The notes below the pieces were generated by a model, which saw only the letters and a program-made list of their open reading frames with translations, made no database searches and was not told the origin of the DNA. A stretch of 32,000 nt of DNA from Pseudomonas aeruginosa (GTDB taxonomy: Bacteria; Pseudomonadota; Gammaproteobacteria; Pseudomonadales; Pseudomonadaceae). Where the stretch lies: contig NZ_LN831024.1 of NCBI RefSeq assembly GCF_001457615.1, forward strand, positions 4,500,001 through 4,532,000, in the 5' to 3' direction. Every line of letters starts with the position of its first letter. Position 1 is the stretch's first letter. Shown here piece by piece: positions 11,891-21,951 of the stretch. The position numbers and the translations under genes are program-made.

Positions 11891-12205
11891 ATGCTGAACG
11901 TCGAACAATTGAAGCGCAGCGTGAACCGGATGGAACTCGACGACATCCGCCAGGCAGTGGACGAACTGCAGATGGACGGCCTGGTCACCGACGGCAAGAC
12001 GCCGTTCACCCGCGTGCACTTCAACACCTGCTTCGCCGAGATCGAGGCGCTGTTCCAGCGCGCCGGCTTCCACCGGCCGCTCGATGTGGTCGGCTACCAG
12101 GGCGAGATCTATGCGTTGTACGACCCCTCTCGCTGGGAGGCCGTGGAAGTGCTGCGCTGGTTGAAGGAATACCGCGAGGAATCGCGTCACCTGACTCCGG
12201 CGTGA
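11891..12205 (+). CDS. Small hypothetical protein (104 aa), predicted SOS-regulated
   Basis: The ATG at 11891 is preceded by GGAAAGGA. No domain recognised. A LexA box lies upstream. Confidence 0.7.
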   Translation: MLNVEQLKRSVNRMELDDIRQAVDELQMDGLVTDGKTPFTRVHFNTCFAEIEALFQRAGFHRPLDVVGYQGEIYALYDPSRWEAVEVLRWLKEYREESRHLTPA

Positions 12206-12219
12206 GCGCAATGCCTGCG

Positions 12220-12579
12220 TCAGCGCAACTCGTGTGCCAGGCGCGCGCAGGCCATCCCCACGACCAGCATCACCAGCGGACCGAAGGCCCGCATGGAGAT
12301 CCGCGCAAGGCTCCAGGACTCTTTCGCAGCGAACAGGCTTGCCGGATTCACCGAATAGACCAGCAGGGAACCGCAGAACAGCCCCAGGCCCAGCAGGCCC
12401 AGGCGGCGCAACCAACCGTCGTGGCGGAGCAATACCACCAGCAGGGCGCCGTACAACAGGCAATCGACCCGCGCCACCGAGTCCTTGACCTGCAACGACT
12501 GTTCCCAATCCCCCAGCCACCATCCAGCGGCCACGCCCAGCACGACTCCGGCGCCGACATGAATGCCCGCCTGGATCAT
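12220..12579 (-). CDS. Small inner-membrane protein (119 aa, about 4 TM; possibly DUF423-like)
   Basis: The ATG at 12579 has a GAGGGGGGAAGGG SD. The sequence MIQAGIHVGAGVVLGVAAGWWLG... is hydrophobic. The track's longer ORF extends upstream without support. Confidence 0.65.
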   Translation of the reverse strand: MIQAGIHVGAGVVLGVAAGWWLGDWEQSLQVKDSVARVDCLLYGALLVVLLRHDGWLRRLGLLGLGLFCGSLLVYSVNPASLFAAKESWSLARISMRAFGPLVMLVVGMACARLAHELR

Positions 12580-12827
12580 CGTCACCCTTCCCCCCTCGGA
12601 AATGGTCGGACAGTGCAAGCCGCCACTATGCCCACGGCAAGCTGAACCATCGCTGAACGAATACCAGCAAATGGCCTTCGGCCACTTCGCCGACGCAACT
12701 CCTGCAAAACCCGGCGGTCTTCTCCCTGTGACAGGACGCCGCCCCGCACAGAAAAAATCTGCTGCGACCACTTGGGAACTCGCCCGAGAGGCCATACTCT
12801 GTCGCGCAAATTCCCATGAGGTGGCTG

Positions 12828-15473
12828 ATGCGCACCGACGCTCCCGTTCCAGAACATCCCGCTCCACCCAGCTCTCCCGCGTCCCCACAACGCATCCGGC
12901 TGATCGATCGGATTACCGCCTACCGCCAGCCCATCGGCCTGGTCTTCACCTTGCTGCTGTTCGGCCTGGCGCTGGTGGCCTGCTACCACCTGCTACGGGA
13001 GATCGATCCCGGCGCCCTCCACGATGCCATCGCCGACGTGCCCAGGCCGGCGCTGCTCGGCGCCCTGAGCGCGACCGCCCTCGGCTTCGTCATCCTGCTC
13101 GGCTACGAGTGGTCGGCCAGCCGCTTCGCTGGCGTCACGCTGCCCATGCGCAGCCTGGCCACCGGCGGCTTCAGCGCCTTCGCCATCGGCAATGCGGTAG
13201 GCCTGTCGCTGCTTTCCGGCGGCTCCGTACGCTACCGACTGTATTCCCGGCATGGCATCGGCGCTGCCGAAATAGCCCGGATGACGCTATTTGCCAGCCT
13301 TTCCCTGGGCTGCGCACTGCCGGTGCTGGCGGCACTCGCCGCACTCTGCGACCTCGACGATGCGGCGTCGGCGCTGCACCTGCCCCGCGCCCTGGTCGCC
13401 GTCATCGCGATCGCCGTCCTGTCGCTGGCTGTCGGCCTGGTGGCGTTCCTGGCCCGGCACCGTCTGCCGGGAGAACGGCCGTCCCCCGACAGCCTGCTGG
13501 TCCGCCTCGGCCGCCGCAGCCTGCGCCTGCCAGGCCTGCGCCTATCGCTGCTGCAACTGCTGATCACCGCCCTCGACGTCGCCGCCGCCGCTACCGTCCT
13601 TTATCTGTTGCTGCCGGAAACCCCACCCTTCGCGGCGTTCCTGCTGGTCTACCTGCTCGCCCTGGCCGCCGGCGTGCTCAGCCACGTACCGGGCGGAGTC
13701 GGGGTGTTCGAGGCGGTGCTGCTGGCCGCGTTCGCCGGCCAACTGGGCGCCGCGCCGCTGGCCGCGGCCCTGCTCTTGTACCGCTTGATTTATGTGGTAC
13801 TGCCACTGCTGCTGGCCTGCCTTTTGTTGCTGTTCCTCGAAGCGCGCCGGTTGTGGGTGACGCGCCAGGCGATCCGCGTCGCCTCGGGTTTCGCCGCACC
13901 GATCCTGGCGATCCTGGTCTTCCTCTCCGGTGTCGTGCTGCTGTTTTCCGGCGCCACACCGGCGATCGACACCCGCCTGGAACACCTCGGTTTCCTCATT
14001 CCACATCGCCTGATCGATGCCTCGCACCTGGTCGCCAGCCTGATCGGCGTGCTCTGCCTCCTGCTCGCGCAGGGTTTGCGCCGACGGCTGTCGGCCGCCT
14101 GGGCCCTGACCCTGGTGCTGTTGCTGGTGGGCGCCCTGCTTTCGCTGCTGAAAGGCTTCGACTGGGAAGAAGCCAGCCTGCTGAGCCTGACCGCCGCGCT
14201 GCTCGCCATGTTCCGCCGCTCCTTCTACCGTCCCAGCCGGCTGATGGAAGTACCCTTCTCGCCGCTTTACGTAGGCGCCAGCATCTGCGTGGTCGGCGCC
14301 TCGGTCTGGCTGCTGCTGTTCGCCAACCAGGACGTGCATTACAGCAACCAGCTCTGGTGGCAGTTCGCCCTGGACGCCGACGCCCCGCGCGCCCTGCGCG
14401 CCGCCCTCGGCAGTTGCCTGCTGCTCCTGGCCCTGGCCCTTGGCTGGCTGCTGCGCGCGGCACCGCCGGCGATCCGCGAGCCGAACGCGGAAGAGCTGCA
14501 GCGCGCGGCGCGGATCATCCGCCACTCGGACCAGCCGGATGGCGGCCTGGCCCTGACCGGCGACAAGGCCCTGCTCTTCCATGAGAGCGACGACGCTTTC
14601 CTCATGTACGCCCGCCGCGGTCGCAGCATGATAGCCCTGTACGACCCGATCGGCCCGGCCATGCAGCGCGCCGAACTGATCTGGCAATTCCGCGACCTCT
14701 GCGACCTGCACCATGCCCGCCCGGTGTTCTACCAGGTGCGTGCCGAGAACCTGCCGTTCTACATGGACATTGGCCTGACCGCCCTCAAGCTCGGCGAAGA
14801 AGCGCGAGTCGACCTGCTGCGCTTCGACCTGGAGAACAAGGGCAAGGAAATGAAAGACCTGCGCTACACCTGGAACCGCGGCCAGCGCGACGGCCTGGCC
14901 CTGGAGTTCCATGAACCGGGCCAGGCTCCGCTGGACGAGCTGAAGGCGATATCGGACGCCTGGCTGGGCGGCAAGCAGGTGCGCGAGAAAGGCTTCTCCC
15001 TGGGCCGCTTCACCCCGGCGTACCTGAACTTCTTCCGCATCGCCATCGTCCGCCACCAGGGCAAGCCGGTGGCCTTCGCCAACCTGCTGGAAACCGACAG
15101 CCGCGAACTGGCGAGCCTCGACCTGATGCGCGTGCACCCGGACGCGCCGAAGCTGACCATGGAGTTCCTCATGCTCGGCCTCATCCTCCACTACAAGGCC
15201 AAGGGCCACGCGCGCTTCAGCCTCGGCATGGTGCCGCTGGCCGGGCTCCAGCCAAGGCGCGGCGCGCCGTTGACCCAGCGCCTGGGCGCGCTGGTCTTCC
15301 GGCGGGGCGAACAGTTCTACAATTTCCAGGGGCTGCGACGCTTCAAGGACAAGTTCCAGCCCGACTGGGAACCCCGCTACCTGGCCGTGCCAGCCGGGCT
15401 CGACCCGCTGGTGGCCCTGGCCGATACCGCCGCGCTGATCGCCGGCGGCCTGACTGGATTGGTGAAACGCTGA
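12828..15473 (+). CDS. MprF-like aminoacyl-phosphatidylglycerol synthase/flippase (881 aa; recalled as an alanyl-PG synthase in P. aeruginosa)
   Basis: A long polytopic N-terminal domain plus a C-terminal aa-PG synthase domain (DLMRVHPDAP, FYNFQGLRRFKDKFQPDWEPRYLA). The ATG at 12828 has a GAGGTGG SD, better supported than 12816. Confidence 0.88.
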   Translation: MRTDAPVPEHPAPPSSPASPQRIRLIDRITAYRQPIGLVFTLLLFGLALVACYHLLREIDPGALHDAIADVPRPALLGALSATALGFVILLGYEWSASRFAGVTLPMRSLATGGFSAFAIGNAVGLSLLSGGSVRYRLYSRHGIGAAEIARMTLFASLSLGCALPVLAALAALCDLDDAASALHLPRALVAVIAIAVLSLAVGLVAFLARHRLPGERPSPDSLLVRLGRRSLRLPGLRLSLLQLLITALDVAAAATVLYLLLPETPPFAAFLLVYLLALAAGVLSHVPGGVGVFEAVLLAAFAGQLGAAPLAAALLLYRLIYVVLPLLLACLLLLFLEARRLWVTRQAIRVASGFAAPILAILVFLSGVVLLFSGATPAIDTRLEHLGFLIPHRLIDASHLVASLIGVLCLLLAQGLRRRLSAAWALTLVLLLVGALLSLLKGFDWEEASLLSLTAALLAMFRRSFYRPSRLMEVPFSPLYVGASICVVGASVWLLLFANQDVHYSNQLWWQFALDADAPRALRAALGSCLLLLALALGWLLRAAPPAIREPNAEELQRAARIIRHSDQPDGGLALTGDKALLFHESDDAFLMYARRGRSMIALYDPIGPAMQRAELIWQFRDLCDLHHARPVFYQVRAENLPFYMDIGLTALKLGEEARVDLLRFDLENKGKEMKDLRYTWNRGQRDGLALEFHEPGQAPLDELKAISDAWLGGKQVREKGFSLGRFTPAYLNFFRIAIVRHQGKPVAFANLLETDSRELASLDLMRVHPDAPKLTMEFLMLGLILHYKAKGHARFSLGMVPLAGLQPRRGAPLTQRLGALVFRRGEQFYNFQGLRRFKDKFQPDWEPRYLAVPAGLDPLVALADTAALIAGGLTGLVKR

Positions 15474-15474
15474 T

Positions 15475-16758
15475 ATGTCTGTCGTGAAACGTCACTGGCG
15501 CCGTTTTCTGGTCGCCGCCCTGGTGCTGATCGTCGGTGCCGCCCTGCTGCTCTGGAGCCGACCGGCGGCCCAGGCGAAACTGGAAGCCCTGGACCTCGAC
15601 GACGGCGGCCACGCCACCCTTGCCGAACCCGGCGAGAAGCCGCGCTCGCGGGTGGTGGTGATCGCCGCCCCCGAACAGCAACTGAACGACGCCCAGATGC
15701 TGAACCTGGCTCACGACAGCGCCGCCCGGGTGATCCAGTACTTCCCCCCGGAAAACGGCGATTGCAGGGTGCAGCAGTCCCGGCTCGAAGCGGTCATTGC
15801 CCACCTCGGCGGCAAGCCGAACCTGGTCGCCGGCATCGGCCCGGGCTCGACCACCGCCTGGCGCTGGCTCGCCAGCCAGGACGACGACAAGGCCAAGGCG
15901 CTCTCGGTCGGCTTCGACATTGCCCTGGCCGAGCGCGACTGCGACGCCCCGCTGCCGCACCAGGCGTCGCACGGCCAGTGGCTGCTGGCCTGGAACGACA
16001 ACCCGGACGACGACACCGCAGTCTTCGTCCGCAAGCAGTCGAGCGCGGAAACCAGCATCAGCGACTACGACACCCCGCTGTCCGACGTGCTCGCCCATCA
16101 GTTGCGCCTGCAACTGCAAGGCAACGCCGAGGCCCTGCCGGTACTCGAGGTCCCCGCGGCGAAACCCTCGGACATCGTCACCCTGTTCTATTCCGGCGAC
16201 GGCGGCTGGCGCGACCTGGACAAGGACTCTGCCGAGCATATGGCCAGCATGGGCTACCCGGTGGTCGGCATCGACACCCTGCGCTACTACTGGCAACACA
16301 AGAGCCCGGAACAGAGCGCCGCCGACCTCTCCAAGCTGATGCAACACTACCGCGAGAAGTGGGGCGCGAAACGTTTCGTCCTGGCCGGCTACTCGTTCGG
16401 CGCCGACATCCTGCCGGCGATCTACAACCGCCTGCCCGGAAAGGACCAGCAGCAAGTGAAAGCCATGCTGCTGCTGGCGCTGGCGCGGACCGGCAGCTTC
16501 GAGATCGAAGTGGAAGGCTGGCTGGGCAAGGCCGGCGAGGAAGCCGCCACCGGCCCGGAAATGGCCAGATTGCCGGCAGCCAAGGTGTTCTGCATCTATG
16601 GCGCCGAAGAAAAGGACGAAAGCGGCTGTACCCAATCCCAGGCCGTCGGCGAGAAGCTCGAACTGCCGGGCGGCCACCACTTCGACGAGGACTACCTGTC
16701 CCTGGCGAAGAAGATGCTCCAGGCCATCCGCGACCGCGAGAACGCTCCCGACGCCTGA
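15475..16758 (+). CDS. AcvB/VirJ-family periplasmic protein (427 aa; recalled as an aminoacyl-PG hydrolase)
   Basis: The start is 1 nt after the mprF-like stop. It has an N-terminal signal anchor and an alpha/beta-hydrolase-like C-terminal half (LAGYSFGADILP). Confidence 0.8.
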   Translation: MSVVKRHWRRFLVAALVLIVGAALLLWSRPAAQAKLEALDLDDGGHATLAEPGEKPRSRVVVIAAPEQQLNDAQMLNLAHDSAARVIQYFPPENGDCRVQQSRLEAVIAHLGGKPNLVAGIGPGSTTAWRWLASQDDDKAKALSVGFDIALAERDCDAPLPHQASHGQWLLAWNDNPDDDTAVFVRKQSSAETSISDYDTPLSDVLAHQLRLQLQGNAEALPVLEVPAAKPSDIVTLFYSGDGGWRDLDKDSAEHMASMGYPVVGIDTLRYYWQHKSPEQSAADLSKLMQHYREKWGAKRFVLAGYSFGADILPAIYNRLPGKDQQQVKAMLLLALARTGSFEIEVEGWLGKAGEEAATGPEMARLPAAKVFCIYGAEEKDESGCTQSQAVGEKLELPGGHHFDEDYLSLAKKMLQAIRDRENAPDA

Positions 16759-16918
16759 TCGCGATCAAGCTCTCCCCGCTCCGCCCTTCTTGTCCCCGGT
16801 CGGCGCCAGCTAGACTGAGCCTGCCGGGGGCATTCAGGCTGGCTTCAGCGGAGCCGCCGAGAATACCGGCCGACCCGCCGCAGAGCGGGCTCCCGAGAGC
16901 CGAAGAGAAGGAACCGTG

Positions 16919-17467
16919 ATGAGCTGGAAAAACACCGAATCCCGTTATGGGAGCCTGACCATTGCCCTGCACTGGCTGACCCTGCTGCTGATCGCCGGGG
17001 TCTACGCCTGTATCGAACTGAAGGGCAATTTCCCCAAGGGCAGCGAAACCCGCGAACTGCTCAAGCAATGGCACTTCATGCTTGGCCTGAGCGTTTTCCT
17101 GCTGGTCTGGTTGCGCCTGCTGGTGCGCCTGGCCAGCCCTACCCCGCGCATAGAGCCCGCCATCCCCGCCTGGCAGGCGACGCTGGCCAGGCTGATGCAC
17201 TACGCCCTCTACCTGATGATGATCGGCCTGCCCTTCGCCGGCTGGCTGATCCTCAGCGCCGCCGGCAAGCCGATACCGTTCTTCGGCCTGGAGCTACCGC
17301 CGCTGGTCGACAAGAACCCCGACCTCGCCGGGCAAATCAAGGAATGGCACGAAACCATCGGCAACGCCGGTTATTTCCTGATCGGCCTGCACGCCGCCGC
17401 GGCGCTCTTCCATCACTTCGTCAGCCGCGACAACACCCTGGTACGGATGCTGCCGCAACGGCGCTGA
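16919..17467 (+). CDS. cybB: Cytochrome b561 family protein
   Basis: MSWKNTESRYGSLTIALHWLTLLLI..., with four TM segments and conserved His residues. AAGGAA SD. Confidence 0.85.
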   Translation: MSWKNTESRYGSLTIALHWLTLLLIAGVYACIELKGNFPKGSETRELLKQWHFMLGLSVFLLVWLRLLVRLASPTPRIEPAIPAWQATLARLMHYALYLMMIGLPFAGWLILSAAGKPIPFFGLELPPLVDKNPDLAGQIKEWHETIGNAGYFLIGLHAAAALFHHFVSRDNTLVRMLPQRR

Positions 17468-17476
17468 GAAACGCGC

Positions 17477-17508
17477 AAAAAAACGCGCCCAATCGGGCGC
17501 GCTTTTTT
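17477..17508. terminator. Bidirectional Rho-independent terminator (cybB / kup)
   Basis: AAAAAAACGCGCCC-AATC-GGGCGCGCTTTTTT, with an A run and a T run flanking a 7-bp GC stem, between convergent genes. Confidence 0.85.
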
Positions 17509-17521
17509 GCAGCGGAGCGGA

Positions 17522-19426
17522 TCAGATCTCGACCTGGGTTCCCAACTCGATCACCCGGTTGAGCGGCAGGTTGAAATAGCGCAGGTTGCCGTTGGCGTTC
17601 TTCAGCAGGAAGGCGAACAACCCCTCGCGCCAGCGCGCCATGCCGATGCGCTTGGATGGAATCACCGTCTCCCGGCTGAGGAAGTAGGTGGTGCGCATCG
17701 GGCTGAAGTCCAGTTCGTTGAGATGGCACAGGCGCAAGGCAGCCGGGATGTCTGGCTCTTCCATGAAGCCGAAGTGCAGGATCACCCGAAAGAATCCGTC
17801 GCCATAGGCCTCGACCTCGAAACGGCGATCCGGCGAAACCCGTGGGCTGTCTTCGTTGACCACGGTGAGCAGCACCACCTGCTCGTGCAGCACCTGGTTG
17901 TGCAACAGGTTGTGCAGCAGCGCGTGAGGCACCGCGTCGGTACGCGCGGTAAGGAACACCGCGGTCCCCTGGACCCGGTGCGGCGGCTGCACGCGCATGC
18001 TGGAAATGAACACCGAGAGCGGCAGCGAGCCCTCGTCGAGACGCTCCACCAGCAGTTGGCGGCCACGCTTCCAGGTGGACATCAGGATGAAGATGACGAT
18101 ACCCGCGATGACCGGGAAGGCGCCGCCCTGGATCACCTTGGGCAGGTTGGCGGCGAAGAACAGGCTGTCCACCGCGAGCATCACGCAGAAGAACGGGACG
18201 CCCAGCCACAGCGGCCATTTCCACAGGCGCCAGATCACCACGCCCATCAGCAGGGTGGTGATCAGCATGGTTCCGGTCACCGCCACGCCGTAGGCAGCCG
18301 CCAGCGACGCCGAGGACTCGAAGCCGAGCACCAGCAGGACCACGCCGACCATCAGCGCCCAATTCACCCCGCCGATGTAGATCTGCCCCTGCTCGTGGCT
18401 GGAAGTGTGCTGGATGGTCATCCGCGGCACGTAGCCGAGCTGGATCGCCTGGCGGGTCAGGGAGAAGGCGCCGGAGATCACCGCCTGGGAGGCGATCACC
18501 GTGGCCAGGGTGGACAGCGCCACCATCGGCAGCAGCGCCCAGCCCGGCGCCAGCAGGTAGAAGGGGTTGCGCGCCGCCTCGGCGTTGGAAAGGATGGTCG
18601 CGCCCTGGCCGAAGTAGTTCAGCACCAGCGCCGGCAGCACCAGCAGGAACCAGGCACGGGCGATCGGCTTGCGACCGAAGTGGCCCATGTCGGCGTACAG
18701 CGCCTCGGCGCCGGTCAGCGCCAGTACGGTGGCGCCGAGGATGGCGACACCGATGCCGGGATGCGAGCTGAAGAAACGCACGGCCCATACAGGGTTCATC
18801 GCCTGCAGCACTTCCGGCTGCTGGATCACCCCGTAGACGCCCAGCGCCGCCAGGGCGCCGAACCAGAGCACCATGACCGGGCCGAACAGGATGCCGATCC
18901 GCGCGGTGCCGTGCTTCTGGATCAGGAACAGGCCGATCAGCACGATAAGCGCCAGCGGTACCGTCCAGTGCTCCAGGCCGTCGAAGGCGATCTCCAGCCC
19001 TTCTACCGCCGACAGTACCGAGATCGCCGGGGTGATCATGCTGTCGCCGTAGAACAGCGCCGCGCCGATCAGGCCGGCAACCACCACGAAAGTCTGCAGC
19101 CTGCCGAACGGCGCCGCCGCCCGGCGCGCCAGGGCCGACAGCGCCATCACCCCGCCCTCGCCCTGGTTGTCGGCACGCAGGACGAAGATCACGTACTTGA
19201 TGGAAACGACCCAGACCAGCGACCAGAAGATCAGCGACAGCACGCCAAGGACGCCATCGTGGTTGGCCTGCACCCCGTAGCCGCCGATGAAGACCTCTTT
19301 CAGGGTATACAAGGGACTGGTGCCGATATCCCCATAGCAGACTCCAACCGCCCCGACCATCAGGCCGATGGCAGAGCTGGAATGCCCCTCCGACGTCTCC
19401 TCGGCACGCGTCGCTGCATCACTCAT
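17522..19426 (-). CDS. kup: KUP-family potassium uptake transporter (634 aa)
   Basis: [10 protein letters not shown]...[17 protein letters not shown] is the Kup signature. The ATG at 19426 has a GGGGGAAAG SD. Confidence 0.92.
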   Translation of the reverse strand: MSDAATRAEETSEGHSSSAIGLMVGAVGVCYGDIGTSPLYTLKEVFIGGYGVQANHDGVLGVLSLIFWSLVWVVSIKYVIFVLRADNQGEGGVMALSALARRAAAPFGRLQTFVVVAGLIGAALFYGDSMITPAISVLSAVEGLEIAFDGLEHWTVPLALIVLIGLFLIQKHGTARIGILFGPVMVLWFGALAALGVYGVIQQPEVLQAMNPVWAVRFFSSHPGIGVAILGATVLALTGAEALYADMGHFGRKPIARAWFLLVLPALVLNYFGQGATILSNAEAARNPFYLLAPGWALLPMVALSTLATVIASQAVISGAFSLTRQAIQLGYVPRMTIQHTSSHEQGQIYIGGVNWALMVGVVLLVLGFESSASLAAAYGVAVTGTMLITTLLMGVVIWRLWKWPLWLGVPFFCVMLAVDSLFFAANLPKVIQGGAFPVIAGIVIFILMSTWKRGRQLLVERLDEGSLPLSVFISSMRVQPPHRVQGTAVFLTARTDAVPHALLHNLLHNQVLHEQVVLLTVVNEDSPRVSPDRRFEVEAYGDGFFRVILHFGFMEEPDIPAALRLCHLNELDFSPMRTTYFLSRETVIPSKRIGMARWREGLFAFLLKNANGNLRYFNLPLNRVIELGTQVEI

Positions 19427-19672
19427 GAAACGCTTTCCCCCGGAAAAATTCGGCAAATGCTGCGCCCATGCCGTCCGCGATGCAAGCGCCGAGGCCACGG
19501 ACTGCTATGACTATAGAAGGCCGGGGAGCCGATTGCCGAGCGCCCGCGGTGAGTTTTTCCAGGGCCGGAAAAGAGCTGCACGGGAGACTGGAAAAGCCGC
19601 GGCGCTGCCGCTAGAATTGCGCACTTTTTGATCAGAGGCGCCAGCAAGCGCGCCCGCCTACCGAGGTTAGCC

Positions 19673-20995
<1,323 letters not shown>

Positions 20996-21007
20996 GCCTC
21001 CCTGAAG

Positions 21008-21030
21008 AGCCCCGCCCCGCGGGGCTTTTC
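21008..21030 (+). terminator. Rho-independent terminator after rimO
   Basis: GCCCCGC-CCC-GCGGGGC followed by TTTT. Confidence 0.75.
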
Positions 21031-21055
21031 ATCGCCAACCGTTCCGGAGAGCACG

Positions 21056-21517
21056 ATGCTCAACAACGACGTACTACGCAGCCTGCGCTACCTGCTGGAT
21101 CTTCCCGATGCACATCTGGCCGAACTGGCCGCCCCGTTCGGCGAGCAAGTCGAAGCGGACCTGCTCGAGGCTTACCTGAAGAAGGAAGACGAAGACGGCT
21201 TCCAGGCCTGCCCCGACCGCTACCTGGCGCGCTGCCTGGACGGACTGATCATCCAGCGCCGCGGTCGCGACGAGTCGCGTCCGCTACCGCCGCTGGAGCT
21301 GCCGTTGAGCAACAACATGATCCTGAAGAAGCTGCGGGTCGCCTTCGAACTCAAGGAGGAAGACCTCCATGCCATCCTCGACAGCGTCGACTTCCCGGTC
21401 TCCAAACCCGAGCTGAGCGCCCTGTTTCGCAAGCCCGGCCACAGCAACTACCGGACCTGCGGCGACCAGTTGCTGCGCAACTTCCTCAAGGGCCTGACCC
21501 TGCGCGTCCGTGGCTGA
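21056..21517 (+). CDS. DUF1456 (YehS-like) protein (153 aa)
   Basis: A duplicated motif is typical of the YehS family (NDVLRSLRYLLDL... and NNMILKKLRVAFELK...). GGAGAG SD. Confidence 0.75.
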   Translation: MLNNDVLRSLRYLLDLPDAHLAELAAPFGEQVEADLLEAYLKKEDEDGFQACPDRYLARCLDGLIIQRRGRDESRPLPPLELPLSNNMILKKLRVAFELKEEDLHAILDSVDFPVSKPELSALFRKPGHSNYRTCGDQLLRNFLKGLTLRVRG

Positions 21518-21902
21518 ACGCGCGGAGCCGCTGCTGGCGGTTCTGCTCCAGGCGCCGCCCTGCGTCGACCCCTGGTTCCTGGAGTGCCGCCAGGATCGCG
21601 CCGGCCTGACCATCCTCGTCCGCGACCTCGCCAACCAGCGCACCTGGCGCGTCGAGTTCGTCGAAGTCGAAGGCCTGCGCCAGCTCGACGCTGCCGACCT
21701 GCTGGAATTCTGGCCAGCCTGTGCGGCATCCGAGGGTTGGCTGTACCGGGTCGAGCAAGGCGGCTGGCTGGACCAGGAATGCCGTCGCGAGGGCTTCGTC
21801 GCCCGCGAGACCAAGGCCGTCGACGAGTATTTCGTCAATGGCGGCGATCGCTGCCTGAGCGTGCTGTCCTGGTCGCCACCGAAGGTTTCCCCGCTGATCT
21901 GA
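21510..21902 (+). CDS. Hypothetical protein (130 aa)
   Basis: The GTG start overlaps the DUF1456 gene by 8 nt, suggesting translational coupling. Codon usage looks like coding sequence. No domain recognised. Confidence 0.55.
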   Translation: MAERAEPLLAVLLQAPPCVDPWFLECRQDRAGLTILVRDLANQRTWRVEFVEVEGLRQLDAADLLEFWPACAASEGWLYRVEQGGWLDQECRREGFVARETKAVDEYFVNGGDRCLSVLSWSPPKVSPLI

Positions 21903-21910
21903 CCGCCATG

Positions 21911-21936
21911 AAAAAAGCCGCCCGTGGGCGGCTTCT
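21911..21936 (-). terminator. Rho-independent terminator for mgtE (weakly bidirectional)
   Basis: The minus strand reads AAGCCGCCCACGGGCGGCTTTTTT. Confidence 0.8.
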
Positions 21937-21951
21937 CGCGTGGCGCTCCGG

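Noticed and set aside
12563-15209. Long ORFs 12563..14584 (+, 673 aa) and 13542..15209 (-, 555 aa)
   Set aside because: These are off-frame and antisense shadow ORFs inside the mprF-like gene. They have extreme R/P/A/G or Q/E/A/G composition and no start-site signals. Such ORFs are typical of ~67% GC DNA, where stop codons are rare.
15343-16680. 445-aa minus-strand ORF
   Set aside because: It is antisense to the AcvB/VirJ-family gene and is a shadow ORF.
17507-19510. 667-aa + strand ORF
   Set aside because: It is antisense to kup, whose minus-strand product carries the conserved KUP signature. The + strand product is low-complexity and rich in Q, R, H, D and G.
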